Assembly: GCA_951406725.2 (NCBI GenBank)
Contig: OX597821.1
Location: 47,492,001-47,556,000 of the forward strand
DNA from: Octopus vulgaris
Lineage: Eukaryota
DNA: 64,000 nt
Direction: 5' to 3'
This document shows positions 1-11,608 of this stretch, piece by piece (position 1 is the stretch's first letter; each line of letters opens with the position of its first letter). Under the pieces are notes generated by a model. That model did no database searches. It had not been told where the DNA came from and was given only the letters and a program-made list of their open reading frames with translations. Both the position numbers and the translations under genes were made by a program.

Positions 1-704
1 GTGTGCATGTGTGTGTGTAAAGTGGGATTTGTGCACATGTATATTTGTGCTTCTGAATATACATACATTTCTATTAAATTTCTCATTATTCATACGTGTG
101 CATGTGTGTGTGTGTGTGCGCGCGCGCGCGTGTGTGTGTATGTGTGAGTGTGTGTGCGTGTGTGTGTGCATACATATTTGTATCTATGTTTGCATTTTTA
201 TCAATCAGTCTGCCTGTCTGTTTGTCTGTGTTATATGTGTTCCATTAATGAGCTCATTAAAATCAAAATTAATAAAGCATTTAACGACTAAAGTCTAATC
301 CAATTTTCCCTAACCCAAAAGCTTAATGTGTGATTAAATCCTAGATAAATATTCGTTTGAGCTGAATTAGCCATACTCTAAGTTATGTTATTTCTATTTT
401 CAGTTTAACAGTTCACACAGTACACTGCATATCGATTATGGTACTGTTGAAGTTAGTGTTGCTATTGCTGTTGTTCTTGCTGATGTTACTGCCTTTCTGC
501 ATTGAAGAAGAAACAAATTTCTGTTCACCAGAACAGTACTGAGAAATATAAACGCAAAATTTAAACATAAAATAACAGCCAAATATATATTTTCTAGGTA
601 GGTAAAATATATAAATATCTATCAATAAAAAAAAATGCATACAAACACACACACACACAGATATAAGTAAGCATGCATACATGTGTATGTGTATGTGTTT
701 GAGT

Positions 705-718
705 ATACACACACACAC

Positions 719-815
<97 letters not shown>

Positions 816-893
816 TATACATACGTATATATATACATACATATATATATACATATATTCATAGATGCATATACATATATATACACACACATA

Positions 894-957
<64 letters not shown>

Positions 958-1345
958 CATCATCATCATCGTCGTTTAGCGTCCGTTTTCCATGCTAGCA
1001 TGGGTTGGACGGTTCTACTGGGGTCTGTGAAGCCAGAAGGCTTCATCAGGCCCAGTCAAATCTGGCAGTGTTTCTACGGCTGTATATATGTATATACATA
1101 TATATATACATATATATATATACATATATGCATATATACGGCTATATATATGTATATACATATATATATACATATATGCATATATGTACCTATATATATA
1201 TACATATATATAAATATATATATATATATATACACATGGATAATATATACATATATATGCATATATATTTATACATATATATATGCATATATATATATAT
1301 ATATATATATATAACTATATACATATACATATACATATATATATA
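705..1345. repeat. (TA)n / degenerate TA-CA microsatellite block, interrupted by a retroposon tail at 952-1082
   Basis: Direct sequence; source of the many YIYIYI ORFs. Confidence 0.95.
952..1082 (-). mobile_element. RTE-associated 3'-end fragment with (ATG)n tail (family A)
   Basis: catcatcatcgtttagcgtccgttttccatgctagcatgggttggacgg recurs at 9136, 15855, 43672, 46390 and 51690, where it follows RTE coding sequence. Confidence 0.75.
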
Positions 1346-1908
1346 TGAATAAAAAATGGAGTTAACACAGGTGTAATCAAATATTTTTACTTTCGACACA
1401 TGTTTCAAAAATTCCACTGATACTATTCAAAAGAATAAATGGTATTTCCTTTATATTTAACATTCACTATTAATATCCCTACTCTTTCTGTTAGCTACTT
1501 ATGACGTTATATCATATAACGTTTTTTTTAAACAATATTAATAGCGTTCTGTCTATCGCTATACAAATCCATCATTTTTTGCTAAAATGTCTTATTGACG
1601 AGTTTCGTTTTTTTCACTTTCCTGTGGAGAAGATTGCATTGTTTATACCATTTATTCTTTTGAATAGTATCAGTGGAATTTTCGAAACATGTGTCGAAAG
1701 TAAAAATATTTGATTACACCTGCGTTAACTCCATTTTTATTCATATTATTCAAAATATTCAACGTAAACACGAAGTTTCTACCTTTATAAACAAGGAGTT
1801 ACATCACCTTTACTTGTGAGATTCTTGCTGCCCTGGTAACTATTTATTTAACTATATATAAATTATAACTATTTCCGCGTTAATTGTTAACAAGATAAAA
1901 ATACACTC

Positions 1909-1915
<7 letters not shown>
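1345..1915 (+). mobile_element. Penelope-like pseudo-LTR remnant with 5' inverted duplication, embedded in (TA)n
   Basis: Inverted repeat ~1346-1446 vs ~1645-1743; hammerhead-like motif at 1616-1701; homologous to 49900-50070. Confidence 0.7.
1616..1701 (+). ncRNA. Minimal type I hammerhead-like motif, A6U core variant
   Basis: Stem I ACTTTC/GAAAGT; core CTGTGGA; stem II GAAGATT/AATTTTC; GAAA; near-palindromic CATGTG; GTC cleavage triplet. Confidence 0.65.
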
Positions 1916-1960
<45 letters not shown>

Positions 1961-1965
<5 letters not shown>

Positions 1966-2063
1966 AATATGAAATTGTCGGAGTCCGCATTGTAACGATA
2001 AACAGTTTTTGTTATAATTGTTTACTGTAGGATGCTGACTCCGACAATTTCATATTATTGTTT
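1961..2063. repeat. Short inverted repeat (~30-bp arms) abutting (TA)n
   Basis: acaataatatgaaattgtcggagtc...gactccgacaatttcatattattgt. Confidence 0.8.
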
Positions 2064-2860
2064 ACAAATCGATTTCTGCTGTTACAATTGGTGACCCCGA
2101 CGTGATCTAAGTCGGGAGAAGAATTGAGCTGATGCAGACATATAGCAAAACAAGGGAGTAGATGTGCCTAACAGAGGTGCATAGTGAATCTTGCATGCAT
2201 GAAGTGGATTTGATCCACCATAGCGAAATTTAAATTAACGCTGTAACAGAACTGTTCCCATGGTGAAACAATGGTTTTTCTCTGACAGCAGTTTTACATT
2301 TTCCAGATGGCTTTAGCTAGGCCGAAATAATGCTTTCACTACTTGACCCCTTCCAACCTCTTCTACTTCACCAAAAGCTAGAATAGAGATAACAAGACCA
2401 CCAACTAAATCTATTGCTCTCAATGATATATCTATCCTTCTGGATCTTTATATAAGCAAACACGCCCCAAGCAAAAATCAGTTCATCACAGTCGTGACGA
2501 CTCAACGGAGTTAGTCATAGTCGGTGACGACTCAACGAGGTCTGGGTGACCAACCTTGGTCAGAGGGAGAAAGCAACTGTGAGACAATACACTACAATTC
2601 TCTCTAGCTCTAATTCTGTTATCTTACAACATCATTCTGTATCTCTCAGCAATTACTACTACTAAACAATGAAGAGGACACAAACACAAACTTTACTTTG
2701 CATGCATTTGGATGTATCATTAACCTGTCTGTCGAGACAAGGTATTGTAGCGTAACGGTAAATAAATACTTTCATAAAACATCATGCATTGTTCATCTTT
2801 CACATCTTATAGTATGCAATAATAACAAATTATCGTCACAACTGGTGACCACAACATATC
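2064..2860 (+). mobile_element. LTR-retrotransposon remnant (probably Gypsy-like) with two LTR-end/PBS junctions
   Basis: ...TTACA-AT-TGGTGACCCCGACGTGAT at 2089-2106; second ...TCACA-AC-TGGTGACCACAACATAT at 2843-2859, preceded by AATAAA at ~2761. Confidence 0.55.
2089..2106 (+). promoter_or_regulatory. Primer-binding site complementary to the 3' end of tRNA-Trp
   Basis: TGGTGACCCCGACGTGAT is the known 18-nt tRNA-Trp PBS, 2 nt after a CA LTR terminus. Confidence 0.85.
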
Positions 2861-2900
2861 ATATTGTGTACCAAATCAATTTAAAACTGTTATATATATG

Positions 2901-2958
<58 letters not shown>

Positions 2959-2989
2959 CATATTTTTTATTGTATTTTTTATTTGTATA

Positions 2990-3026
<37 letters not shown>

Positions 3027-3029
<3 letters not shown>

Positions 3030-6000
3030 TTTCAGCTCAGAGCTGTGGCCATTCTGACGCACCGCCGCTTTGCTACTCTGTTATTATTGGGAGCCTCCTT
3101 GAATATGCGGCACTTGGTGAAGAATGGCGTTTGATGTAGCTAACCTCATTTGCATGTCTTGCCGTGAGGTAGGTTCACTGGAAGAGGCCCAGCCGTGATT
3201 TAAAAACGCCCGTATCAACTTTGTGCAGGTTCCTCAAGCTCTTTGGGAGAATATTAAAAAGCTGTGGATCCCTGAAACCCAGGCTGTTGCAGTGAATGGT
3301 CCTGAAGTGCGATGGCATTGCTGAGATCTTTGGCACTATGCAGTGACAACCAGTTCTGGAATTGGTGTAGCTTTCAATGCCAAAAATTTGGCACAATTCC
3401 TTCCAGGATCTTCCAGATGTATATTACTACATACCTCTCCTGCCTTCCCTCTAGGGAGTAGAATCTTGTCTGCTATAGCCTTTCCTAGTAGCTGAGCTGT
3501 GGCAATGAGACAGTCTTTTTTGTGAATCTTCGCTGGATTGTTTCAAGATCCGCTGTTAATTTTACACTGTTGGGTGACCATAGCTGGGTGCAGTAATCCA
3601 GGCTGCTGAGGACGAATGTCCTCCATAGGATCATCATGGTTTCCTTATCTCTGGTTCTGAATGTTATTACGATCCATCAAGCTAGTCGTCATCACTTTGT
3701 CACCTTCCTGGTAATGTGCACTTGGAAAGAGGTATCATTACTCATGTCGAGAACAAGATCCCTCACTGAATTAGGCTCTATAATTGTAATTTCCAGTGGA
3801 TCAGTGTAGCCTGTAAGTTTCATATTCAGTTTTGGACGCTGGTAGCATAGGGCTTAGAATTTTTCAGCATTAAGCTGTATATTATTATCCTCAACCCATT
3901 TGTAAATCGAGTCCAACTCCTACTACAGATGTGCAGCATCGCTGGGTTTCTGTATTTTCTGTGAGACTTTAGCATCGTCTGTGTAGCTAGCAAGGGTGGC
4001 TATCCAAACTGTTGAGGGCATATCTGAGAGAGCCACTATGAAAAGCAGTGGTCCCAAGACAGTGCTCTGTGGAACACCGCTCACTATTTGTGTTTTCATT
4101 GAGGTGGTTCCATTGGCTACTACTGCCTGACTTCTATCTTTCAGAAAGTCATGTAACCACTCTCCAAGTTTTCCAACTATGCCAAAGTTATGCAGTTTGT
4201 TTCATATCATACCATGATCCACTTTGTTAAAAGCTTTTGCAAAATCAAGGTATATTACATCCACACTTGAGTTATTGAGTAACTGCCTCAACACCCAGTC
4301 ATAACGTTGTAAGAGCTGAGTTAGGCAGCTCCTACCTGGTCGAAAGCCATGCTGGGTATCACTCAGCAAGTTATTTTTTTCAATGAATGTGATTAGTTTC
4401 CCTCTGACTATCCGTTCCATGACTTTGCTGATGTGTGAAGTCAGAGAGATAGCTCCATAGTTTTTAGCATCTGCTCTGCTTCCACCTTTATGGATTGTGC
4501 ATATTATTCCCTCCTTCAGCTTGTTTGGCAATCTGACATTTGCAAGAAAGCTCTGGAAGAGAATCTGGAGGGGTTTTGCCAGGGCACGCTTACACGCTTT
4601 GAGGATTGGTGGGAAACCATCAGAACTAGCAGTTGAGTTTGCGTCCAACTCATCTATGTCTAGTAGTATATCTTCTTCGTTAATGTTGATGTATTCCATC
4701 GTAACTGCCTCGCTGGTTACAGGTGCGGCGGCAAAGAAGTCCACTGGTTTGTTCACTTGTCTGTGTTCCAACGGGGTGGTAAAGACACTTTTGAACTGGT
4801 AATTCAGTACCTCACTGATCCTAGTTGGACTGTCTGTGAGGGAGTCATCCTTTTGGAAGAGGGGTCCTATCTTGCAGCATACTGAGGCTGTTTCTTTCGC
4901 GTAACGAAAGAAGGCCTTTGGGTTTGACTTAATGTTTTTTATAACACAGGCTTCTTTGTCTGCTCTCTCCATCGCATAGTATTGTTGCAGGCTTTTTTCA
5001 ATTTCCATCAGTGTTTTTTTTTTGGCAGGATCTTTCACTACTTTTGGGATGTTGGTTGAGTCGATTTGCACTTTCGTCTGTCATCTCATGAGGATCATCC
5101 TCTCCCTTGGAATCTTGTTCCTATTTGTTTTGGCCATGTGCTCTGGGACAAATTTCTGACTTATGGCTTGCAAAACAGACATGAAATATTCTAGTTTCAT
5201 GCCAATGTCTGGTGTGGAGAGACATTTTAGCCAGTCCTGTCTGAGGATCTCTTTTTGATCGATTTCCAGTCTGCTTTGTTGAAGTTCAGATTGAAGAAAT
5301 TTCGGGTGCTTCCTTTAGGTTGTATGTCTCTGGTTGCTTTCGGCCCAAACATAGACAGCTCTATTACGTTGTAATCCGAGACTAATGATAGCGTCACTTT
5401 CACATCATGAACAATGTCCATATTGTTTGTGGAGCAGAAATCCAAAACGTTGTTTGACCTAGTTGGTTTGAGTACAACTTGCTTCATGAATAGGGTATTG
5501 GTGATGTTGAGCAGGGACTCCACCAGTGCTTGCTTGCAATGAATCATTCCTGAGAGCATGAGACATTCAGGCCATTTGACGTTGGCGAAGTTGAAATCAC
5601 CCATAAGAAATATACTTGCGTGGTGTTCCAGTTTCATGAGGATTTCTTTAATTCTTGTGAGGCAATCTTCAAACTTGCGTATGTGGTTTGGAGCATCTGG
5701 TGGGCAATATGTATTGCATATTAATATATTGTGTTGTCTTACGTATACAATTAGAGTATCATATACTAAATTTGAGTACGATAGTAAGTCCTGGGGTGTG
5801 AGGTCATCACAGATGTATACAGCAACTCCAGCATGGCTCATTTCCCTTCTGTCTGTTCACAGTATGGCATAGTTTGGTACGTGTATTTCTGCGTCCTCTA
5901 TATCAGGGCTGAGATGAGTTTCCTCGAGTGCTATGCATAGGGCTTGATTGCATGCAGCGAGGTCTCTCAGGAAAGAAATTTTACTTTTATTATGATGTAG

Positions 6001-6765
6001 CAGGACCCCAGTATTTAGTAAAAATATTGGTGTGATGACTGCAGGCGTTAGAGGAGGCCATCTCATGTCTGTTATCTGTGGTGGTCTTGCGCAGTGGTGG
6101 GCAATGTTCCTTGTATGCGCTTGATGTACTCAGGTCAGCTGCTGCACAATCTTTTGCGCCATGCGCAAAAAAAAAAGACTCTTGCTCATCTGCTGCCTTG
6201 CGCGTAACCTCTGAAGAGCGCACTTCTTTTATATATTTTTTCTTTGCAGACGATTGTTGTCTTTCCTCAGGGAAGTTTTTCTCCTTAAGCCCCCTGTAGT
6301 TTTGGTAGGGTTTCGGGTGAGCAAACCGGCAGTTTCTGCCATCTTTCCCATACCAACATTTGCCTTGCAAATAAAATCTGCAGGTCCTTGAGCGCCTTCC
6401 AAATTTCTTCTTTCCTGTAGTGTTTGGGATAGCATTGGATCCTCCAAATGGCTTTCTGTTTTTTGTTTGGTAGGTTGGGGTTTCGGTTTTGGTTGTTTCA
6501 TTTTTGCCTTTTCCTTTTTCTTCCTTTCCTTCTTTATGTTTGTGTTTGTGTTCTGTTCTTCCTTTTCTTGTGGTAGGAGTTTCTTTTTTCTGGTTGTCCA
6601 ACGGAGTGAGGGCTCCATTCCTTTGTAGGACCAGTTGCACAGAGGGCCTTCTCATTGCTGCTTCCTTGGCTCCCCTATCCTTTTCTGCCTGGGCGTTCAC
6701 AGGGGTGGGGGATCAATTCTTTTGAGGAACCATTAGATCAAAGAGACTTCTGGGTTTTGTTTCAT
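3027..6765 (-). mobile_element. Long decayed CR1-group LINE: ORF1 remnant with CCCH finger, APE endonuclease, reverse transcriptase, 3' tail
   Basis: ORF1 CRFYLQGKCWYGKDGRNCRFAH; APE motifs IALEETHL, MGDFN, NNVLDF; RT motifs ISLTSHISKVMERI, QHGFRPGRSCLTQLL, DVIYLDFAKAFNKVDH, GVPQSTVLGPLLF, YTDD (~3974-3985); multiple stops and frameshifts. Confidence 0.9.
4202..5071 (-). pseudogene. LINE ORF2 segment (N-terminal half of RT)
   Basis: 289-aa open segment with non-LTR RT motifs; flanked by frameshifts. Confidence 0.9.
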
Positions 6766-6794
6766 ATATATATACATATATATAATAATATAGA

Positions 6795-7445
6795 TAATAT
6801 ATATATGCATATGTGGGCACAGGACGTCATGAAACGTGTACAACAAAAAAGTACGAAGGACGACTATATGGAGCATGAACTATTCTTTCGTACAACGAAA
6901 GTCACAAATGGAAAACAAAATAAACAACATAAAGAACGACCCTTTATCAGTTGTTGGCCGTTTTTGTAGTCTCGCATTTCGAGCATGTAACAACAATATA
7001 CGCTTTCGATAAAACAGTTGCTCATATAAAGGAAATCAAACAAAAAATTGGGATTTTACGGAAGGTTAAAATAGCTAACACAAACAGGTCAGAGAAAACA
7101 AACAGGATGGGCTACTAATCCTAAACGAGGTCGTGGTAGAGAACGCATAAATCAAGATAGGTCAGGAGGCAAACAAGAACACGTCTTCCTTATTCCAGCT
7201 ACAACGGAGAGGAAGAAAGAAAGATGGCTGATGGTTACGTGAGAACCACGTGAGCAAGGGAGGAGGAGTGAGGCATTGAGAGTGACAGAGTAATAGGATA
7301 GAATAGTGGGAGAAGAGGTGGTAAAATAATAAGAGAAAGAAAAATAGAAAAACGAAAGTGTAAAAAGATCGTATTGAGTGCGCATCGTGATTATTAAGAT
7401 AAAACTTACTTGGAAGAGGATGCGTGACGTCCGGTCATATAATAA
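6795..7445 (-). mobile_element. Non-coding interspersed repeat (family B), probably PLE pseudo-LTR-derived
   Basis: Homologous in opposite orientation to 12670-13420 (atgtgggcacaggac..., ccct(tc)atcagttgt); CT-rich tract; ends in (TA)n. Confidence 0.55.
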
Positions 7446-7452
7446 TATAAAT

Positions 7453-7492
7453 GATATATATATATATGCATATATACGTATATGTACATACT

Positions 7493-7556
<64 letters not shown>

Positions 7557-7591
7557 CATATATACATATATACATATATATATACATATAT

Positions 7592-7622
<31 letters not shown>

Positions 7623-7710
7623 CACATACATATATATACATATGTATCCACATGCATATATACATATATATACATATATATACATATATACATATATATA
7701 TATACATACA

Positions 7711-7764
<54 letters not shown>
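7453..7764. repeat. (TA)n/TACA microsatellite
   Basis: Direct sequence. Confidence 0.95.
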
Positions 7765-7766
<2 letters not shown>

Positions 7767-8273
7767 TTCAGCAACGTACCAAATTACCGGAGTCATTCTT
7801 GTTGCTTATTTTGATTATATATACATATATTTATGAATATATAGAAAAATGTGCAGATAACATCAAACCAAATTTCACAGTCTTCCCCTTCTACAAGTGC
7901 AAAGACACAATCTCTCCACAAAAACGTTTAAATAAAGAAACTTTTTCATTGAAAAATACAGAATACGTCTTAATATGCATGCATAACCAACTTTTATCTT
8001 TTTACATATTTCAATTCACGATTACATCACTGTGTATAAATCCCCACACTAAACAAGTTTTTCGAAACCGTTTTTTCTCTGTACATATATATTCCCTTCT
8101 CCTTACCGAAAGCTGAACAGTTATCTCCCTAACCCACAACAATAACAATAATAGCGATAATCAATTACCTCGCTTTATTGTTCTACTTGTGAAGTTATTC
8201 GCTCATAAATATCATCACACACATGGATAAAATTTCTTCTTTGGAAAATACATATTCAAATAAGTAAACCATA

Positions 8274-8308
8274 ATATCATGAGTAGCGATAGCGAAACCG
8301 GTCAATAT
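8274..8308 (+). ncRNA. Minimal hammerhead-like motif with A3-U8 core
   Basis: ATATC-ATGAGTA-GC gata GC-GAAA-CCGG-TC-AATAT; lies in a (TA)n-bounded element ~7765-8415. Confidence 0.55.
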
Positions 8309-8481
8309 ATTAAAAACTATGTAAAATGTGCATATTTTCTTTTTTTAATTTCTTACATATATTACAACTCACCACGTGGGGATAGTCGAAATTCCTCCTT
8401 TCTGTTACCACTACTATATATATATATATATATGTATGTATATATATATATCAAAATAAGCAACAAACATATCCAGAGGTA

Positions 8482-8570
8482 ATGTAGTACGATCGTTTCA
8501 TGCAACTCCATTTAATTGAACAATGCAGTCGTTACATCAATTTAAAATGCAGAGCAATCCTCAGCTGCAC
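8482..8570 (-). ncRNA. Minimal type I hammerhead motif
   Basis: Minus strand GTGCAG-CTGAGGA-TTGC...GCAT-GAAA-CGATCG-TA-CTACAT; palindromic stem III; one mismatch in each of stems I and II. Confidence 0.7.
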
Positions 8571-9135
8571 AAAGATATAGGATTTAATTAAATTAGAAAA
8601 GATGGACATATTAGTTTAATTATGCCTAAAATCTCCAAGAAGTTAAGGAGATAGACAAAGAACATGCTGTCTCCACTCCAGCACAGAAGTTACCAAGATA
8701 TCAAAAAGATATACATTATTACAGACTCTGCCAGTCACTGATTTTTTTGTTTTTATGGGGTTAGTTTTAATTTATAGATTAGTTTATCAAATCCTTGTGT
8801 ATCTAAGGCTGAGAGAACAGAGAGCAGTATCTGTTAGGGGTAGGGCTGAGGGAGCAGACAGACTTTATAGTTGGTATAGTCATAAAAATCAAGATTTATT
8901 AGAAGCAATATCATGAAGTTTGGTAAAGGAAAACTTAAAACAAGATGTTAGCTGACAGTTAAGGGGTGAATATTGATTAATTGGTATATATTGGTATTAA
9001 TAAAGGAGTATTGAGGCAAAACAACATGCTAATTATATATTAATATTATAATCTAATCAGTTTTTTATAAGTAGAGAATATGCCAGTATAGTTTTATATG
9101 AGCTAAGTAGGAAATTATAGAGATACAAAAATTAG

Positions 9136-9280
9136 ATGGCGTTAAGAAGGGCATCCAGCCGTAGAAACACTGCCAGGTCAGACTGGCCCTGGCACAGCCT
9201 TCTGGCTTCCCAGACCCCAGCTGAACCGTCCAACCCATGCTTGCATGGAAAACAGACGTTAAACGATGATGATGATGATG
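9136..9280 (+). mobile_element. Family A RTE-associated 3'-end fragment
   Basis: ggcgttaagaagggcatccagcc...gacgttaaacgatgatgatg. Confidence 0.8.
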
Positions 9281-10115
9281 AAATAAAGGCTAATTATAAA
9301 ATAATAAAGAAATAAAATAAAATAATCAAATAGCTTAATTACTGATACTATGGTAAAGTATACAGAGCTAATTAACACCAATAGAGAAGATTTGTTTAGA
9401 AAAAGTATAATAACTCAAAATATATTAGACTAAAAATTATATATTTACTTATTTAGCTAATATCAATGAAAGACTGATGTCTGGTATCAGCTAAAGGAAT
9501 CTTTAAGTAAAAGAACATTCATATTTTACACTAGTCTTTTTTTAAAAACTAAGGGTTATATTATACGTTTAATAGTTTACTATTGTTACTCCCTACATGA
9601 TAATTATAGTTTCTTAGTGGTACTTGTTTAGGAGGGTTATTTATATAAAGGCCCTTATAAATACTAAGATCAGGAGGGTAGAGCTCTTTAAGAAAAAGAT
9701 AAATCAAGTAATTTCTAAAGATAATTTCAAACAATATTGTCTTATTGTATAAAGTTAAAATTTAGGGTAATCTAGAAGATTATTAAGAATGAAATTTTAA
9801 TAAAAGGATAAAACTTCTTTGAATATTTTGAGTATTTACAAAACTTTTACCACAATAGAGGGAAGAAAAGAAAATTGCAAAGAAATAGTTCAATATTTAC
9901 TTATTAACTTATCTAAATATTAACTTATTATATGGTTTCTATGGAGATTGATCAAGCGGCTTTTAACTGGTATTTAATAAGGGAGCAACTGAGGTTAAAG
10001 AACATGTTAACTATATACTGATTTAATTAGATTCAACTATACCGGTATTACCATATATAAGCTGAGTATGAATTAATAGGTGTAGAAAGATTAGATTTAT
10101 TTAAGTCTACTATAA

Positions 10116-10159
<44 letters not shown>

Positions 10160-10379
10160 ATATAATGTATAAATAATGTATAAATATATATGATTCAATT
10201 ACATTGATTGAATATCTTCATTTATGCGTTCAGGAATTTAGTTGACTGCCTAGGATTTGCGTTTTCATTCTCCTCTACTATAAATATATTTGTACATATA
10301 TATATATATACATCTATATACTTATATATATATAAGTATATAGATGTATATATATATTTGTATATGTATATATTTGTAT

Positions 10380-11010
10380 AAGTGAAAATATGTGTAAAAC
10401 ATAAAAAAGGGGAAGAGAAATGTCTTCATTTCACATAGTTTTAATATCTTTTTATTAAAAAATATATTTTATTGATTGCAAAATCTCATAGCATGTAGTG
10501 ATATCCAACGGTTTTCACTATTTAAATTAACTTTTCAAGGGACATTGGGAAGTGATAATTCATTGAGACATGGGGGTCACACCATTTCGGATTTCTGGAG
10601 AAGTGAAAATGAATGGAGAAAGTGTATAAAGGGAGGTAACAGGTAGCAAGGGCGGGAAGGGGGGGGACAGCTACTGCCTCAGCATTTTATTGAATATATG
10701 AGAGTTAATTTCTACAGGAAAAGGGAAAAATAAAAATAATTGCAATTTTGAAAAATTGGGGAAAAAGGGTTGTGGCCACAATCAAATGCAAAAGACAACA
10801 CAAATCAGTTGAGAGACTCCTAACAGATGAAAACAGTACTCGGTACATACGACACCAACAGTTAAAAAATGCGGATGACCTAATTGTGATACATGCCCAA
10901 AGCTAGCTGAAGGCTCGGAATTCACATTCCTGCAAGGAGAAATATTTTTGATTAAAACCAACTTCACATGTGCCTCTCAGGACCTGATTTATGTCCTAAC
11001 CTGGTCAGGT
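10380..11010 (+). mobile_element. Penelope-like (Neptune/Poseidon-type) fragment: Cys knuckle and start of GIY-YIG, preceded by a probable inverted pseudo-LTR
   Basis: 10850-11010 translates as TVKKCG*PNCDTCPKL...IKTNFTCASQDLIYVLT; degenerate minus-strand hammerhead-like motif at 10501-10545 (stem I ATGTCC/GGATAT). Confidence 0.65.
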
Positions 11011-11608
11011 TTTTATATATACACATATACATGTAGACATACATATGTTATAATGCTTTTAATACATTTAGGGAAGGTAGTTAACACTTGTTACAAATAT
11101 ATTTTGTCTCCAAGTCAAAAATGCAGTGAAAGCACCTCATTTCTCACCCTGTTGCCCTATATCTTTTCTAGCAATTCTAGATTATATATTGAGAGAATTA
11201 TTAGAATGCTGTGTGTTATTTGCTCTGAGTTTTTAAAGCATTTTATGTTCATATCCTGCTCCAGTGTTGTTGAAATAAAGCATTAGTCAAGTACTGGTTT
11301 CAATGCAATAAGCTAACCTCTTTCACCAATTTTGTAGCTCTGTATGGAATTCTGAGGGAAGGAAATCAATCAAGGAAATTAACCCTAGTTATCAACTACT
11401 ATTAAATTTTCTTAACCTTAATGGAATGTGTATATGCATGCACTATGGTGGTACTGTTGGACAGCATGTATTTTGTTTCTCTTGTTATTCCCTCAATAAA
11501 TTTGCTGACAAAAATTTGTTCCATCTCAGTAACTCATATACCAAAAGAATTTCTAGCATGAAAATATTTTAACTGGAATATTTACTCTCTGTTGTCAAAA
11601 AACATTAA

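Larger units (their letters stand above)
8452..10110 (-). mobile_element. Highly decayed probable Penelope-like element body upstream of the 8482-8570 hammerhead
   Basis: Terminal hammerhead followed by (TA)n; only faint motif-like remnants (KFSFTKL.DIAS) in an AT-rich body. Confidence 0.35.

Noticed and set aside
594-1417. Numerous YIYIYI, VCVC and HTHT ORFs here and throughout the window
   Set aside because: Translations of TA/CA microsatellites that lack stop codons; not genes
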